Origin: Prochlorococcus marinus str. MIT 9201
GTDB lineage: Bacteria; Cyanobacteriota; Cyanobacteriia; PCC-6307; Cyanobiaceae
Length of the DNA: 24,000 bases
Direction: 5' to 3' (one strand)
NCBI RefSeq assembly: GCF_047305125.1
Contig: NZ_CP138977.1
This document shows, in pieces, positions 21,234 to 24,000 of the stretch. Within the stretch, counting starts at the first letter, position 1. Each line of letters opens with the position of its first letter. Both the position numbers and the translations under genes were made by a program. The notes below the pieces were generated by a model. It was not told the origin of the DNA. It made no database searches and saw only the letters and a program-made list of their open reading frames with translations.

Positions 21234-22151
21234 ATGAAACCAAAACAATATCTCATGAAGAATATAAATTCAATTTTAATTGGATTTGGTTTATTAGGTT
21301 TTGCTTCTTTTGCAAATACCGCTAAAGCCGATGAATTCACTCCTGATAAATGTATAGATGCAATCGGAGAAAAAGTTGATGGTAAATATACAAAAACAGC
21401 TGCACAAATTAATAATCTTAATGTCTTTTTTTGTACAGAAACTCCTGAAAGATTTGAAATTACTATCCATGAATTGGGACTGTGTACTTCTCCACCTATT
21501 ACTATTACAGAAAATTCAGAAACATTTAGCAAGGATAATTGCGTCACAACAATGGCAAGTGATGGAATCGCGGCTGATTTAGCTAGTGGTCTAGTTGCTT
21601 TACCATCAATGGACGGAAGGCCTGAATCAAATACATACTCACATGCGTACATTATCATTACGAATACATTTGGATTAAGAGGTAGTGTTACCATAAAAGA
21701 TGCCAATACAGGCGCTTATAATACTTATTGCTCTATGACTGATGAAGATCAATTCGGATCTAATTCTACAGGACCTACAACTGGTGGCAGCTTATGTACG
21801 CCAGAAAATCATACGGAGATCCTAGATACTTTTGGAAGTACAGATGAAAATGGGGTTCATACTTTTGATGCTTATTTCCCTGATGAATCAATGGATGGAG
21901 GTGGTAAAGTATCAGCTCTTCTTACCAAGGGCGATGCAAATTTAACAACTGCTCAAAATCAAGGCGAGGTGGAGAGACTAATTGGCGTTTTTGAGACTAA
22001 TTCTGGTTCTCCTGTTGTTATAAATGACGCTACTAATGGTTTAGAAATGGAATTAACAGTTACTGATATTGGTTACGGAATTGCATTTGGCGGCGGTGAA
22101 CCTATCTATTTCGGATCAATGCCATTTAAACCTATATTTTCTACTTTTTAA
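21234..22151 (+). CDS. Secreted Cys-containing 'partner' protein A (family of 1298..2158)
   Basis: The track ORF 21180..22151 is trimmed to ATG 21234 (or 21255), giving the signal peptide MKPKQYLMKNINSILIGFGLLGFASFANTAKA|DEF. Family motifs IHELGLCTSPP and the C-terminal PIFSTF are present. Confidence 0.7.
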   Translation: MKPKQYLMKNINSILIGFGLLGFASFANTAKADEFTPDKCIDAIGEKVDGKYTKTAAQINNLNVFFCTETPERFEITIHELGLCTSPPITITENSETFSKDNCVTTMASDGIAADLASGLVALPSMDGRPESNTYSHAYIIITNTFGLRGSVTIKDANTGAYNTYCSMTDEDQFGSNSTGPTTGGSLCTPENHTEILDTFGSTDENGVHTFDAYFPDESMDGGGKVSALLTKGDANLTTAQNQGEVERLIGVFETNSGSPVVINDATNGLEMELTVTDIGYGIAFGGGEPIYFGSMPFKPIFSTF

Positions 22152-22156
22152 TCAGA

Positions 22157-23310
22157 TTTTTAGTATTTTGGTAACAATCGCTAGATTTTATGTCTCAAAT
22201 TATGTTAACTTCTTAAAAATTTAAAAATAAGTGAAATTACCTAAAGCCCTCTCTCTTATTCCCTTAGCTTTTGGTTCTATTCTGTCTGTTTCTGCCCAAG
22301 AATATAAATTTGATAATATCAAATTTGATCAGGTTGAAGACTCTCAGAATACATATCAACCAAAAGATAAATTAGATGAATACATAATTAAAGGAGCAAC
22401 TTACTCTACAAAATTTGTTCCTTTAATGAACGATGGCTCTGATGGAAGTGATTACACAAACATGATGAGCAAAGATGCCAAGAGATTATTAGTTGATAAG
22501 GGATTTAATTTTGTTAATTCCACCGCTAATAGTCAAATCCAGAAAATTCCATTCTTTGCTCAAACAACAGTTAATTTCTCTGGCGGAACAGAATCAGATA
22601 CCAGTTTCTCAGTTAATAGCTTGATGAAACTTGGAGAACTTGCAAAAGATGACGAAGGCGATCTTAAAACACTCGTCTTCTCTCAAGCAAGATTTGCAAC
22701 TGCAACAGATGCAGAAGGCTCCACAGTTAACTTAGGTTTAGGTATTAGAAATCGTCCTGACGATGTATCGATGGTTGGAGGTAACGTTTTCTTAGACTAC
22801 AGAATGACAGACTACAGCGATGCTCATAGCAGACTTGGTCTTGGTGGAGAATATTTTTGGAAAGATTTTGAATTTAGAAATAACTGGTATATGGCAATTA
22901 CTGATGAAAAAGATGTAACTATTGATGGGAGTTCTTTTGTAGAAAGAGTAGTACCTGGATGGGATCTAGAAGTTGGCTACAGATTACCAAGCAATCCAGA
23001 ACTTGCTTTCTTTGTTAGAGGTTTTAATTGGGACTATAAATATACTCAAGACAACTCAGGTTTAGAAGGTGCAGTTAGCTGGCAAGCAACTCCTCATGTT
23101 GGTTTAGAAGCTTTTGTTTCTAATGAAATTTCTGCTGCATCTACAACTGCTAATACTGACCTACCAGGAACAGATGAAACTTTCTTTGGTTTAAGAATGA
23201 ACATTACTGGTAATCCTGTGAAGTTTGAGAAATCAAATTATAAGAAGAACATGATTACTCAAATGACTCAGCCTGTAAAACGTAAATATGATGTTTTACT
23301 TGAAAGAGCT
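22157..23310 (+). repeat. 1154-bp direct repeat, copy 2
   Basis: See 19973-21126. Confidence 0.85.
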
Positions 23311-23367
23311 ACTAATGATGGAGGGCCGGCTAGTTTTACAGTCAGGGTCAGTGCCCAGGGTTCTTAA
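22231..23367 (+). CDS. Inverse-autotransporter beta-barrel domain protein with no passenger, copy 2
   Basis: Identical to copy 1 through ...KYDVLLERA. The tail then differs: TNDGGPASFTVRVSAQGS here versus ATDGSGVAFQNRAKGV in copy 1. Confidence 0.8.
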   Translation: MKLPKALSLIPLAFGSILSVSAQEYKFDNIKFDQVEDSQNTYQPKDKLDEYIIKGATYSTKFVPLMNDGSDGSDYTNMMSKDAKRLLVDKGFNFVNSTANSQIQKIPFFAQTTVNFSGGTESDTSFSVNSLMKLGELAKDDEGDLKTLVFSQARFATATDAEGSTVNLGLGIRNRPDDVSMVGGNVFLDYRMTDYSDAHSRLGLGGEYFWKDFEFRNNWYMAITDEKDVTIDGSSFVERVVPGWDLEVGYRLPSNPELAFFVRGFNWDYKYTQDNSGLEGAVSWQATPHVGLEAFVSNEISAASTTANTDLPGTDETFFGLRMNITGNPVKFEKSNYKKNMITQMTQPVKRKYDVLLERATNDGGPASFTVRVSAQGS

Positions 23368-23397
23368 ATTTTTAAAATCTAAATTACATTTTTTATT

Positions 23398-24000
23398 ATG
23401 AAAAAACTTTTTTTATCTTCCGCTTTATTAGCAGCCTCTTTAATTATTCCTTCATCAGTTAAAGCACAAGATGGGCCAGGACAGTCTTTAGGTAATACTG
23501 TAAATTCATGCAGTACATCTTCTGGTTCATGCCCTATAACTCCAACCAAATTCAGTACAAAAATATATAGAGTGGCATTATGTACATCTAATCCTATGGA
23601 GACAGCAGCCGCAGAAGCGGGTCTTCCAGTAGACTGGGATAGCAACGGTTGTGTGGATGTTTATAACAGCGAAGGTGGAGAAGATACTGGAGATATTTTC
23701 AGCGATACTGGAACAACTCTTTCAGCAGAAAATATTACAATTCCTAGTGAGGGCGAATATAGTTACGTCGCAGCTTTATTCGATAAAGAATTTAAAGTAG
23801 CAAGCCATCACCAGGTCTATAACGCTGGAGACGATACTATACCACCTCTTGGAGAAAGATATTATTCAACAAGCGATGGTGGGGCAGCCGTTGGACCAGC
23901 AGAATCAGCAGAACTAATAGCAGGAAGTTTTGAAACTTTTATGCCACAAATAGCTTGTGAAAATGGATCTGCCCTTGCAGATAGGAGTGCTACAACCGAA
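23398..24000 (+). CDS. Secreted Cys-containing 'partner' protein B (partial; runs off the window end)
   Basis: Manual translation gives 201 codons with no stop. It is absent from the track because there is no stop in the window. Signal peptide MKKLFLSSALLAASLIIPSSVKA|QD. Family motifs TPTKFSTKIYRVALCTSNP, EYSYVAALFDKEFKVAS and YYSTSDGG are present. Confidence 0.7.
   Translation, partial: MKKLFLSSALLAASLIIPSSVKAQDGPGQSLGNTVNSCSTSSGSCPITPTKFSTKIYRVALCTSNPMETAAAEAGLPVDWDSNGCVDVYNSEGGEDTGDIFSDTGTTLSAENITIPSEGEYSYVAALFDKEFKVASHHQVYNAGDDTIPPLGERYYSTSDGGAAVGPAESAELIAGSFETFMPQIACENGSALADRSATTE

Noticed and set aside
21164-21706. Track ORFs 21164..21706 (-) and 21358..21582 (+)
   Set aside because: They lie antisense to, or out of frame within, the partner A gene. 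That gene has a signal peptide and two paralogues, whereas these ORFs have no features of their own.
23379-23645. Track ORF 23379..23645 (-), 88 aa
   Set aside because: It is antisense to the much longer open plus-strand frame from ATG 23398, which has a signal peptide and clear homology to 1298..2158 and 21234..22151.
1-24000. Prophage, transposon or known defence-system content
   Set aside because: I recognised no integrase, transposase, terminase, capsid or tail genes. I also saw no restriction-modification, toxin-antitoxin or other named defence genes in any frame. Mobile-element involvement is inferred only from the tRNA scars and repeats.

Overview
This is a strongly AT-rich window, roughly 30% G+C by eye. 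It reads like a hypervariable genomic island of a Prochlorococcus-type marine picocyanobacterium. That assignment is an inference from composition, partial tRNA-Pro scars and dense tiny lineage-type ORFs; I ran no database search. There are no rRNA genes, intact tRNA genes or CRISPR arrays, and I recognised no integrase, transposase or phage structural gene.

Contents by region:
- 1-2.5 kb: a truncated pilin-like/lectin-like gene, three partial tRNA-Pro(UGG) 3' fragments, and an orphan secreted Cys-containing protein.
- 2.7-5.5 kb: a gtrA / GT2 (gtrB-like) / DUF2079-like surface-glycosylation cluster.
- 5.6-19.8 kb: a long run of mostly minus-strand small genes. They include NTF2-like, cupredoxin-like, DUF3303-like and ABM-like proteins, a pilin-Excalibur-SNase nuclease, a pseudouridine synthase, an SRAP/YedK-like protein and many 20-60 aa hydrophobic peptides missing from the ORF track. 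Thirteen same-orientation copies of a ~45-bp composite element punctuate this run: ATTGACAGTCGATC, a TAnnnT hexamer, a GC hairpin and a T-run.
- 19.97-24.0 kb: a tandem duplication of a two-gene module, in which a passenger-less inverse-autotransporter (intimin/invasin-type) beta-barrel is followed by a divergent secreted partner protein. The barrel genes are near-identical over 1154 bp and the partners are highly diverged.

The two best candidates for something undescribed are the repeated junction element, which may define a regulon, and the barrel-plus-variable-partner cassettes.

All family calls come from remembered sequence signatures, not from searches. Coordinates of hand-called small ORFs were derived by manual translation.
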